Assembly (NCBI GenBank): GCA_018238155.1
Contig: JABCTZ010000003.1
Span: 64,001-128,000 of the forward strand
Origin: Candidatus Heimdallarchaeota archaeon
GTDB lineage: Archaea; Asgardarchaeota; Heimdallarchaeia; JABLTI01
Length of the DNA stretch: 64,000 nt
Reading direction: 5' to 3'
Shown: positions 1 to 9,923 of the stretch, in pieces
Numbering within the stretch: position 1 is the stretch's first letter
How the letters are laid out: each line of letters begins with the position of its first letter
Position numbers and translations under genes: made by a program
Notes under the pieces: model-generated
The model's input: the letters and a program-made list of their open reading frames with translations, nothing else
Database searches by the model: none
What the model was told of the DNA's origin: nothing

Positions 1-1790
1 TTGGTTATGCAATTGACTTTAAGAGTAATAGAATTAGCTCACCATCTAATTATAAGAAACGATCTTTAGAGATAATTGAATCTTTTGAGACCAATTTAAT
101 AATAGCTGATTTAGTTATTGGTGGTTCTATTGAAGATAACTCTCAAAGAATTGAAAGTGTATTGTCATTTAAGGAAACATTTGATTCATTAATTCTTTTA
201 GTTTCATTTATTGCTATTCTTCTGGCTCTTTGGTTAAATGAGTTTTTCACTGACAATTTTATTAATAGAATAACTCCAATTATTGACAAACTGATTAATA
301 GAGGGTTAGATTTACGAAGGAAAAATTCAGTGACTATTCTATTACCAAGCCTAACTGATTTATTTACTTTCTTGGTTATTGGAATAGCTCTATTAATACT
401 AAATTTCATTATAAGTTTAAACCTTATTCCAACAGCAATAATTCTTGGGCTATTTTGCTTGATATTAACATATAAAAACTATAGGAAATACAAAGACTCT
501 AATCAAGTTGCTTACAATTCAAAATCTATTGTGACCTTCATAGTAATTTTGCTGATTGTATCCTTACTACCAATACTTGTCAAACAATTTACCTATGAAC
601 TAATACCTGATATAATCTTTTCATATCTTGTACTTTTTTCTCAAACCGTACAATATTTCATACTGACATTGTTGATAACAGAGCTTTTCATTCAAAAAGT
701 ATTCAATAATATTTTCAAAAAGAATAAAATCAATAATTTGGTGTACAAATTAATAAGTTTGAAGGAAAATTGGGTTAGACATTTGTTTCACTCCACCTTA
801 CTTTTAATATGGGGGACAACAATTATTACTGGAAGTTTTCAAACCTTTACCGTTAATTATGATTTAAACTATAATTTGGAACATCCAACAGATATGGTTG
901 TTGAAACTGATGTTTTTCTATTCAATGTTTCACAAATACAGACTAGCTCTTATTTTGCTCAAGTGCTTCCAATATCACATACACAAGAAAATTTCTTTGT
1001 GGATTATGACCTTTATCTAATGGATTTCACGATTTTACCAGAAATTGTTCCCAATTACAAAAGATATTATGATTTAACTGAACTAGAAGATGGAATAACT
1101 TACATGTCAAAAGATTTTGCTAAGAAATTTCATTTTGAAGATGGTGATTTTTTCCTTACAAAATTTGGCGATAATGGTTCTAGTTTATATGTTAATCAAG
1201 AGATACAAACAATAAATTATTTCCCTCTAATTAAGCAAATAGAAAATCGCCCATTTATTGTTTCTTCATATAATAAACTATTTTGCAATATCTCATCTGT
1301 TACTACATTATATCTTAATTTAAACACAAACATAACCAAGAAGGATGCAATCAATACTCTTGATATATTACTCAATACTGAATTTCAACTTAAAGAATAT
1401 AACTCTCGAATAAATTATACTCCATTTATTCTTGTATATCAGTTATATTTTATACTGATTGTTACGATTAATATTTTGCTATGCTTAAAACAATTACTAA
1501 ATCAAACAATGAAATCTTTTGCCACATTATATCAAAGAGGAATGAGACATAGAGATATCATGAAACGTCAATTTGATAGCTTATTTCCATCCTTACTAAT
1601 AGCAATTTTGTTAGGAGTATCACTGGGATTTCTGTATTTGAAGCTTCAACTTCTTGCTGCAATCTATACTTCTCCTTTATATGCTCCAATTCGCATTGCT
1701 TTTGGCTATAGTTTTTTGTTGATTCTAATAATACCCATTCTCTATGTTTTGACAATATTTTCACAAAATCAATTTAATATTGATAAATGA
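1..1790 (+). CDS. FtsX/MacB-like ABC permease-type membrane protein (5' truncated by window edge)
   Basis: Frame is open from position 3. Two clusters of TM helices flank a large extracytoplasmic domain; C-terminal FATLYQRGM motif resembles the FtsX permease domain. Confidence 0.55.
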   Translation, partial: GYAIDFKSNRISSPSNYKKRSLEIIESFETNLIIADLVIGGSIEDNSQRIESVLSFKETFDSLILLVSFIAILLALWLNEFFTDNFINRITPIIDKLINRGLDLRRKNSVTILLPSLTDLFTFLVIGIALLILNFIISLNLIPTAIILGLFCLILTYKNYRKYKDSNQVAYNSKSIVTFIVILLIVSLLPILVKQFTYELIPDIIFSYLVLFSQTVQYFILTLLITELFIQKVFNNIFKKNKINNLVYKLISLKENWVRHLFHSTLLLIWGTTIITGSFQTFTVNYDLNYNLEHPTDMVVETDVFLFNVSQIQTSSYFAQVLPISHTQENFFVDYDLYLMDFTILPEIVPNYKRYYDLTELEDGITYMSKDFAKKFHFEDGDFFLTKFGDNGSSLYVNQEIQTINYFPLIKQIENRPFIVSSYNKLFCNISSVTTLYLNLNTNITKKDAINTLDILLNTEFQLKEYNSRINYTPFILVYQLYFILIVTINILLCLKQLLNQTMKSFATLYQRGMRHRDIMKRQFDSLFPSLLIAILLGVSLGFLYLKLQLLAAIYTSPLYAPIRIAFGYSFLLILIIPILYVLTIFSQNQFNIDK

Positions 1791-2093
1791 AGATATACAA
1801 TATCGATATGAAATTATGTGAAGTGGCTTCAAAAAGATTAGTGTTCTGCCACAAGCAATCGATATTTTTCTCTAAAAATTAAGAATGAGTAATGCTTCTT
1901 TAAAGTCTAATGAAAGAGTTTCAATACTCTCTCATTATTTAAATGATTTATTGATATTTGCCAAAAAAGTTGCATTAATTATTTTGTTAAATAGTACACT
2001 ATGAACACTTGAGAGAGTTATCTTGAAAATGATTTTCTGATTTCATTTCTTTTAGTAATAAAATTTTAGTACTTTAGTGTATAATATTTCATT

Positions 2094-2918
2094 ATGTCAT
2101 TAATTGTGGGTTTAGTTTATTTTTCAGCTACAGGAAATACTAGAACAATTGCTACTGTCATGAAAAATGAATTAGAAGCAAAAGAAGTAATTGTGAAAGA
2201 ATTTGATATTACTTCATTAACAGACAGAGAAACAGAGATTCCATTTTCAGAGTTCAATTATATTATTTTTGGATTTCCAATTTATGGTCGAAAAATACCT
2301 GTAGTTACCAAAAAATGGCTTGCAACTATTTCAGGAAATAATCAAAGGTGTGGTATGTTTTTCACTTATGGTGGACCTATGCGAGGGGGCATCCATAATG
2401 AAACAAGGGCTTTACTAGAAGCACGAAACTTTGTTGTTATTGCTTCTGCTGAATTGTTAGGAAAACACTCATTCAATGTAGCAAAAGGTTGGGAGCTTTT
2501 GAAAGGTCATCCTAATGTTGATGATTTCGATATCACAAAAGAATATACACATAAGCTGCTCGAGAAATTTACCAGAGCAATTATTGAACCAATTGAATTT
2601 CTAGTTGCTGAAGATAATTTACTACCACTTGATCCAAATAGAAAGCGTATAAGAATGATAACTCAACATCCAACTAGACGTGATAAAGAATGTTGTATGT
2701 GTCGTGATTGTGAAGAATTGTGTTCTACTGGCGCATTTAGTGCTGATTTTGGAAAAGCCGATACTGAAAAGTGTATTCTTTGCATGAGATGTGTAAGCAT
2801 TTGCCCTGATCAGGTAATTGAGATTAACGATATGACTGAATGTTTTCAAGATTTTGTTGAGAGTTTGGGATTAACTCCTGAATTACTTGCTAGTAGAAAG
2901 AGTCAATATTTCATCTGA
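2094..2918 (+). CDS. EFR1-family flavodoxin-ferredoxin fusion
   Basis: N-terminal flavodoxin motif YFSATGNT; two CxxCxxCxxxC(P) 4Fe-4S motifs. Confidence 0.85.
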   Translation: MSLIVGLVYFSATGNTRTIATVMKNELEAKEVIVKEFDITSLTDRETEIPFSEFNYIIFGFPIYGRKIPVVTKKWLATISGNNQRCGMFFTYGGPMRGGIHNETRALLEARNFVVIASAELLGKHSFNVAKGWELLKGHPNVDDFDITKEYTHKLLEKFTRAIIEPIEFLVAEDNLLPLDPNRKRIRMITQHPTRRDKECCMCRDCEELCSTGAFSADFGKADTEKCILCMRCVSICPDQVIEINDMTECFQDFVESLGLTPELLASRKSQYFI

Positions 2919-3184
2919 ATCATGTTGAAGTTACATAAAAGTAACTTATAATAGCCTTTTTTTTCATTTTTTTTTGTGTTGAACATCTTCCCAATAAGAA
3001 AAATGATGGACTGTAACTCTATCGACAAAACGTTGAAAATGGAATTATCTTTCTGAAACAACAATAATTCTAATATATGAGATAAATCATCAAACATAAT
3101 GTTGTTTAGAGAACTTTAGGGGAAGTTCATGTATTGCTTTCTTCAATTATTTTTTAAATAGCTTGAAAAACTGGAGAATAGATT

Positions 3185-3712
3185 ATGAGGAGAAAAATAA
3201 TAAATGCTTATTTGCTAATTTTTATGATAGGAATTAGTTTCGTGTTTCCAAGTTCTATGAATGCTATGGCAACTGATACTGATAGAATAATAAAAGTGAG
3301 GCTCACCTGGCTAGAGTTTAACTGTACTAATTCACGTGATGGCAACCAAGATAATGGTGAATTTTATCTACAAATAAAATATTATAAAGACCGTAGGTGT
3401 TGGGTAAAAAGAAAAACCACTATTGAGCGTATATGTGTTGGTTTAGCAACTGATATTAATAAAAAAATCACTCTACGAAAATTAACCCTTGGTAGTGAAA
3501 TGTTTGTTCGTCTATTTGATAGAGATTTCTTTAATTGTGATGATTTGGTTATTAATGGTAGTGTCGAGAATCATGGTCGTAGAGGTGATGATAATGATTG
3601 GGCATCTGTGAAGATCCCTTCAAGTTTAATCATTAATATGCTTTATTCTTTCACTATAAAAAGTGAAGATACTGATGAATATATTATTTTTACAATTGAA
3701 CGATTAAAATAA
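3185..3712 (+). CDS. Secreted protein, possible C2-like beta-sandwich
   Basis: Signal peptide; acidic loops RDGNQDNGEFY and VRLFDRDFFNCDDLV resemble C2-domain Ca-binding loops. Confidence 0.45.
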   Translation: MRRKIINAYLLIFMIGISFVFPSSMNAMATDTDRIIKVRLTWLEFNCTNSRDGNQDNGEFYLQIKYYKDRRCWVKRKTTIERICVGLATDINKKITLRKLTLGSEMFVRLFDRDFFNCDDLVINGSVENHGRRGDDNDWASVKIPSSLIINMLYSFTIKSEDTDEYIIFTIERLK

Positions 3713-3843
3713 TGTAATTGCTTATTTTTTCTCTTTTTTGACTTCTGTGTGAAACTAAAGAGTAAAAAGAGAAATCTCATTATTTAGGTATATTGCTTGA
3801 GAAGGCATTTGCATTTGGCCATCCTTCTCGCTCGAGGGCTTTG

Positions 3844-4130
3844 TCAAGACATCTTAAGAATTTTTAAAACTTTGTGACGACAAATAAACGTATGAGGTAC
3901 GGGACCTAAGTATTCACCCATTGCGTGACCATATACCGGTTTCTTAGAATTAGAGCTTATGATGTCTTTTTTCCCTTGAAGTATCTCAACTTTTTTACGA
4001 TGAACATGCGACCCATTTCCAAGTTTCGAAGAGGTAATTAATGAATCTATTAAGGATGTGTCTCCTACAATCATAATATCCAATAATCCATCATCAATAT
4101 GGAAATGTCGTGGGCGATACCTGAATATTG
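3844..4130 (-). pseudogene. C-terminal remnant of a YegS/diacylglycerol-kinase-family lipid kinase
   Basis: IDDGLLDIMIVGD...H...V...GEYLGPVPHTF matches the DAGK/YegS C-terminal domain; the N-terminal catalytic domain is absent. Confidence 0.6.
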
Positions 4131-4184
4131 AGTTTACTAAAGCAAAATAATAAACAATGATTTTGTAAAAAGAAACGTTAGTAT

Positions 4185-4715
4185 CTAGCTTGTGTATTTC
4201 TTCTTCTCTTTACTAGCTTTACTTTCAACTTTTTTAATGAATTTAGCTTTTCCTTCTGAGTAAGCAATTTGATCGTCTTTGTATTTTTTTGCTAATTCCA
4301 CTTTAAGCTTATTGTACTCTTTTGCTGTTTCAGGGTGACCACGTAAATACTCTCTAAGAAGAATGTTCCTTTTCCAACTTTCAGTATTCATTTCAACTAA
4401 GTAAAGCTGGACTTTTGTTCCATCTATTGATTTAACAAGTGCTTTTCTTTCTGAATCATCCTCTGCCTTTTTTACCTCAAGAGAGTAACCAATTCCCTTA
4501 AGCAAAGTAATACATTTATCGATATCACTTAGACTTTCTATGCCAACCATAATATCTATTATTGGTTTTGCACCCAGTCCTGGTACCGCTGTACTACCAA
4601 TATGTTCAACATGAATTCCAAGTTCACTTATTTTTGTTGAAATTCTTTCTCGTTCTTCCCTAAATAACTCTGGCCATTTGGGATTGTATTTAACGATGAT
4701 TACTGGAGCACTCAT
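4185..4715 (-). CDS. GrpB (UPF0157) family nucleotidyltransferase-like protein
   Basis: YNPKWP, EHIGSTAVPGLGAKPIIDIMV, LREYLRGHP and Y..GK motifs. Confidence 0.9.
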   Translation of the reverse strand: MSAPVIIVKYNPKWPELFREERERISTKISELGIHVEHIGSTAVPGLGAKPIIDIMVGIESLSDIDKCITLLKGIGYSLEVKKAEDDSERKALVKSIDGTKVQLYLVEMNTESWKRNILLREYLRGHPETAKEYNKLKVELAKKYKDDQIAYSEGKAKFIKKVESKASKEKKKYTS

Positions 4716-4935
4716 ACAGAATTTTCCGCTCTACTCTTATTTCAAGTTTACTAAAGTGGAAAAAGATTTCAATATTGGATTAAATCTATCAAATTTCTAA
4801 CTATCATTATTTTAAATCCATTTCTAAAATCTTTTTACTTTCAAATGCTCTCAAGATAGAAATATCTGAAACCTTTTTAATACACCTTTTAATGAATGAT
4901 TGTAACGGAAAAAGCTTGTTGAGGGATACATATCG

Positions 4936-7638
4936 ATGTCATCAAAGTCCACGCCAATGATGAAACAATTTTCCAAATTTAAACGTAAATATCCTGATTG
5001 CTTTATTTTATTCAGAGTAGGTGATTTTTTTGAGCTCTTTGGTGATGATGCTAAATTAGGTGCCAAGATCTTAGGTATTACTCTCACCGCACGTTCTGGT
5101 CTTCCTTTAGCTGGTGTTCCTGCAAAAGCTGTTGATGGATACATGTCTACACTTGTTAAGCATGGTTACAAAGTAGTTATCGTTGATCAATTAGAAGATG
5201 CAAGTGAAGCTAAAGGTCTAGTTAAGCGTGGTGTAACTCGCATTCTTACCCCTGGTACTCTCACTGAAAGTGCCATGTTAGAGTCGAGCGAAAATAACTA
5301 TATTATTTCAATCTTTGAAAAAGGGAGAAATTTCGGTCTTGCTTTAGCTGACGTTTCAACTGGTGAGTTTCGAGTTACTCATTTCATTGAAGGCGTTCCT
5401 TTAGATGAGCTTATTCTTGAATTAAATCGTATCTCTCCCACTGAGTGTTTAGTTCCTGAGAAAGGAAATTTCCCAGAAACCATTTTTACTTGCTTAGAGG
5501 GAACAATGATCTCTCATCTGGAACCTTATCGTTTTTCTCATGATAGTGCTTATCAACTTTTAACAGAGCATTTCAACACAAAAACTCTCGAAGGTTATGG
5601 TTGTGAAAATAAACCTCTTGCGATCTCTGCTGCAGGTGCTCTCTTAGATTACCTTATGGAAACCCAGAAAACAAAATTAGACAACATTCGGCAATTATCA
5701 TTGTACTCCACAAAAGGGTTTATGGTTATTGATCCCGCATCATTCCGTAGTCTTGAATTGACTAAAAATGTTAGAGATAACACTTCCAAAGGAACTCTTG
5801 TAGAAATCCTCGATAAAAGTTGCACTTCAATGGGTGGTCGGTACATTAGAAGGACTGTTCGAAGACCATTACTTGATCCTAAATTAATCAATGAACGTTT
5901 AGATGCTGTTGAAGAATTTGTTGACAATTCTTTTGCTCGAGAGGATTTACGAACCGCAATGAAATCCATCCAAGATTTAGAGCGCTTAGCTAGTCTCGTT
6001 TCTTTGAGGCGTGCTAATGCTAGGGATATTGTTTCAATTAAAAATTCGCTCAAAATTATTCCTTCAATTACAAAAATCTTGAAAACATTGACTACTACCG
6101 CACCAAAAAGAATAATCAAAGAATTTGATAAATTGAGTTCATTAGTTAAGCTTATTGAATCTGCAATCAAGGAATCTCCTTCTCCAACTTTGAAGGACGG
6201 TGGGATAATAAAAAGTGGTTACAACATTGAGCTTGACGCTCTTCGAGATATATCTGAGGGTGGGCGTAAATGGATCATTCAATATGAACGGGAAGAAAAA
6301 ACAAAAACAGGTATTAAATCACTTAGAATCGAATATAACAGAGTGCTTGGATATTATATTCAAGTCGGAAAGAATTATCTCAATTTGGCTCCAGAAAACT
6401 ACGTTCAAAAACAAGAAGTTACAAATGGCAAACGATATTTCACCTCCGAACTGAAAGAATATGAAGCTAAAATACTCAATGCTAAAGAACAAATTAATGA
6501 TTTAGAATACAAACTCTTTGGTGAAATTCGCGATAAAGTTCATGATGATATTGGCAAGATTCTCATTAATGCTGAAAAGATTTCTGAAATAGATTGCTTG
6601 ACTACTTTTGCAGCTGTATCACGAAATAATGCTTATGTTAGACCGACTGTAAATAATTCATTCAAACTAGAAATCAAAAATGGACGGCACGCAGTAGTAG
6701 AAAAAATGCTTCTTGATCAACCATTTATTCCCAATGATTCCAAAATGGATAATAAATCAGATCAGTTATTGATCATTACCGGACCGAATATGAGTGGCAA
6801 ATCCACATACATCCGGCAAGTAGCCTTAATTACTTTGATGGCTCAAATGGGTTGTTTTGTTCCAGCTGATAAAGCAACAATCGGTGTTGTTGATAGAATT
6901 TTCACTCGAATAGGAGCTTCTGATGATATTTCAAAAGGGTTATCTACTTTCTTAGTTGAAATGAATGAAACCGCTAACATACTCAATAATGCAACCAAAC
7001 GCAGTCTAATAATTTTGGATGAAATCGGTCGAGGAACTTCAACTTATGATGGTGTAAGCATTGCTTGGGCTATTGCAGAATATATTCATAACTCCAAGAA
7101 TTTGGGCTCAAAGACATTGTTTGCGACTCATTATCATCAATTAATTAACCTTGAACAATATCTTGAACGCGTAAAGAATTATAGTGTTCAAGTAAAGAAA
7201 AAGGATGATCAGATACTTTTCTTACACAAAATCGTTCCAGGTGGAACTGATAAGAGCTATGGTATTCAAGTAGCAAAACTCTCTGGTATGCCTGATGCTG
7301 TCATAAATCGTGCAAAAGAAATTCTGCACTATCTCGAATTACAGTCCAATAATTCAGATGAAACTACTACTAAAAAAGATCTGCCAAAACTTGCTTCAAT
7401 TCAAACCAATCTATTCGGATTGGTAGCAGCAGGTAACACTCAAAACGCTACTACAAATGTCGCTCTGACAAAAAGTATCTTTAACCAATCTCAGCGAGAC
7501 GAAAAAGATAGAATTAATGACGAAATCGTTGAAGAATTAAAAGAGTTAGAAATAGATTCTCTTACTCCATTAGAAGCTATGAATAAACTCAATCAAATTA
7601 TTGAACGTGTGAAGAAAAGCTTTGAAAATTTAAAATAA
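4936..7638 (+). CDS. mutS: DNA mismatch repair protein MutS (MutS1)
   Basis: TPMMKQ, FRVGDFFELF mismatch-binding motif, Walker A GPNMSGKST, DEIGRGTSTYDG, FATHYH, SYGIQVA. Confidence 0.98.
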   Translation: MSSKSTPMMKQFSKFKRKYPDCFILFRVGDFFELFGDDAKLGAKILGITLTARSGLPLAGVPAKAVDGYMSTLVKHGYKVVIVDQLEDASEAKGLVKRGVTRILTPGTLTESAMLESSENNYIISIFEKGRNFGLALADVSTGEFRVTHFIEGVPLDELILELNRISPTECLVPEKGNFPETIFTCLEGTMISHLEPYRFSHDSAYQLLTEHFNTKTLEGYGCENKPLAISAAGALLDYLMETQKTKLDNIRQLSLYSTKGFMVIDPASFRSLELTKNVRDNTSKGTLVEILDKSCTSMGGRYIRRTVRRPLLDPKLINERLDAVEEFVDNSFAREDLRTAMKSIQDLERLASLVSLRRANARDIVSIKNSLKIIPSITKILKTLTTTAPKRIIKEFDKLSSLVKLIESAIKESPSPTLKDGGIIKSGYNIELDALRDISEGGRKWIIQYEREEKTKTGIKSLRIEYNRVLGYYIQVGKNYLNLAPENYVQKQEVTNGKRYFTSELKEYEAKILNAKEQINDLEYKLFGEIRDKVHDDIGKILINAEKISEIDCLTTFAAVSRNNAYVRPTVNNSFKLEIKNGRHAVVEKMLLDQPFIPNDSKMDNKSDQLLIITGPNMSGKSTYIRQVALITLMAQMGCFVPADKATIGVVDRIFTRIGASDDISKGLSTFLVEMNETANILNNATKRSLIILDEIGRGTSTYDGVSIAWAIAEYIHNSKNLGSKTLFATHYHQLINLEQYLERVKNYSVQVKKKDDQILFLHKIVPGGTDKSYGIQVAKLSGMPDAVINRAKEILHYLELQSNNSDETTTKKDLPKLASIQTNLFGLVAAGNTQNATTNVALTKSIFNQSQRDEKDRINDEIVEELKELEIDSLTPLEAMNKLNQIIERVKKSFENLK

Positions 7639-7773
7639 TCATTATTAAATTCAGAATTCCGTTTACATTAACCATTTTTCTTAAACAATCCAAATCTATT
7701 TTTTCTCCTCAGTGGTTCTTGTCCACAAAGATAAATAGTATTTCAAAAAATTCAGTTGTATTGTAATTAGATA

Positions 7774-7790
7774 GAAACGGTTTTTAAATA
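7774..7790 (+). promoter_or_regulatory. Archaeal BRE/TATA promoter of mutL
   Basis: GAAACGG-TTTTTAAATA about 45 nt upstream of the ATG; the same motif recurs at 16498-16512. Confidence 0.55.
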
Positions 7791-7834
7791 CTGATTTCCA
7801 TTGAATTTAAACAGAAAGCTTTGGTGCTATTACC

Positions 7835-9658
7835 ATGAGTAAAAAAAAGAGACCCATCGTTCAATTAGATCAAAAAACCATCAATAAAATTGCTGCTGGG
7901 GAAGTAGTCGAGCGTCCAGCATCTGTAGTAAAAGAGCTAATAGAAAATTCAATTGATGCTCAAGCTACCGAGATTTCAATCTTTCTTGAAGGGTATGGAT
8001 TGGATTTGATACGTGTGGTTGATACTGGCATCGGGATGAATTCTAAGGATGCTGCTTTAGCTTGGAAATCACATACAACAAGTAAGCTAAAAGCTATTGA
8101 GGATTTAGATACTATTGTCTCATTAGGCTTTCGTGGAGAAGCATTAGCAAGTATTGCTTCTGTGTCTATGATGGAAATAATCACTCGAGAAGAAACTGCT
8201 CCCACAGGAACAATCGTTCGTGTTAAAGGAGGGAACTTAGAACTAATTGAAGAACGGGAATGCCCTATTGGCACCTCTATTACGATTAAGAACTTGTTCT
8301 ACAATGTTCCTGCTAGAAAGAAATTCTTGAAAACACCTACAACAGAATTGGGTCATATAATGGAAATTGCTAATCGACAAGCATTAATTCATCCGGAAAT
8401 TCACTTTAAATTACAACATAATAAAGCTATTTTACTTAATAGCCCCAGAAGCTCAAACCCATTAGAACCTTTCATATCAATATTTGGTGTAGATTTAGCA
8501 AAACAAATGCTTCCGGTAAATTTTGAGAAAGACGGTATTCAGATTACCGGCTTTACTTCAACACCTAGTCTCTCTCGAGCATCTCGAGACCATGAAATCC
8601 TCTATGTAAACAAACGATACATTCGTAGTAAAATTATTTTTGAAGCGATAGAAGAAGCATATAAAACACTCTTGATGAAACATCGCTATCCTGTTGTACT
8701 ATTAAATATCAACATCGAAAGCTCAAAAGTAGATGTAAATATTCATCCTACTAAACGTGAAGTTCGATTTGGTGAAAGTAGAGTAATATATGATATTATC
8801 AAAGAGGCAATAACTCATACTTTAGAAAATAGTGAATTATGGCGCGAAAACAAAGGGCTACTAAAAAATTCTTCAAATATTGTTGCCCATGCTCAAACTA
8901 GATTGGATGGCACGACTAGCGATACATCAGCTAGTTCTCCAAATAAGAAATCTTCTGCACTATTGAAACCACTAAGTAGTGTTGATTCAAAATTAAGGTT
9001 TGATGATAGTTCTACAGATTTATCTAAAGCAAGTATACTTACTATTTCACCAACTGCAGTTGCTTTATCAGATAATTTTTGGATACGTCCTTTAGGGCAA
9101 GCACATCTCCTCTATATTTTATGTGAATCCAGCGAAGGAATAGCCATTGTGGATATTCATGCAACTCACGAAAGAATCATGTATGAACATTTGCTTGAAT
9201 TGTATCTTAGCGCAAGTTTCGTTACTCAAGAACTCTTACAACCAATAACATTTAATCTCACAGCAGAAGAACGTCTATTTTTAGAAGAAAATATCCCTCA
9301 ATTAGAAAAGGTAGGATTTAATTTGGAGCACTTTGGAGGAAATACATTCATTATTCGTCAATTGCCTGTAATAATGGACTTGATAAAAACTACAGAGGAT
9401 ATCAAAAATCTTATTGATGAAATGAGAAAAGATGTTGCAACTATTCCTGATGTTAATGAACGCTTAGACCTTATACTTAAAACAATGGCTTGTCATTCGG
9501 TTGTAAGGAGTGGAGATCCTGTATCTATTGAAAAAATAAGCGCCATTTTGGAACAATTAAGCAATTGTAAACAACCTTTCACTTGTCCACATGGACGCCC
9601 GACAATTATACGTATAACTGAGAAAGATTTAGAGAAGGAATTTGGTCGTATTGTTTGA
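7835..9658 (+). CDS. mutL: DNA mismatch repair endonuclease MutL
   Basis: IAAGEVVERPASVVKELIENSIDA, LGFRGEALASI, VDVNIHPTKREV, DIHATHERIMYE, ACH and CPHGRP. Confidence 0.98.
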   Translation: MSKKKRPIVQLDQKTINKIAAGEVVERPASVVKELIENSIDAQATEISIFLEGYGLDLIRVVDTGIGMNSKDAALAWKSHTTSKLKAIEDLDTIVSLGFRGEALASIASVSMMEIITREETAPTGTIVRVKGGNLELIEERECPIGTSITIKNLFYNVPARKKFLKTPTTELGHIMEIANRQALIHPEIHFKLQHNKAILLNSPRSSNPLEPFISIFGVDLAKQMLPVNFEKDGIQITGFTSTPSLSRASRDHEILYVNKRYIRSKIIFEAIEEAYKTLLMKHRYPVVLLNINIESSKVDVNIHPTKREVRFGESRVIYDIIKEAITHTLENSELWRENKGLLKNSSNIVAHAQTRLDGTTSDTSASSPNKKSSALLKPLSSVDSKLRFDDSSTDLSKASILTISPTAVALSDNFWIRPLGQAHLLYILCESSEGIAIVDIHATHERIMYEHLLELYLSASFVTQELLQPITFNLTAEERLFLEENIPQLEKVGFNLEHFGGNTFIIRQLPVIMDLIKTTEDIKNLIDEMRKDVATIPDVNERLDLILKTMACHSVVRSGDPVSIEKISAILEQLSNCKQPFTCPHGRPTIIRITEKDLEKEFGRIV

Positions 9659-9923
9659 TTTTCGGACTAAATTTCCACCACTAAAGTCAAAATTCTTCAT
9701 TATTTGTTCATTCTATTCTGAACAGTTCATGAACAGTTTCTTTCCTCGACAAAACAATACATTTAATAAACCATTAACTAATTTAATAAAACAATAGTTT
9801 AAAATATAGGTACTTCTTTAAGTCACCCAAAAAGTATATATTTCGTTATAATAAATAAAATACAACTCTATATTCCTATGCAAATTAGGAGTACTAGATT
9901 TGGCCTAATAATATTATAGGAAG

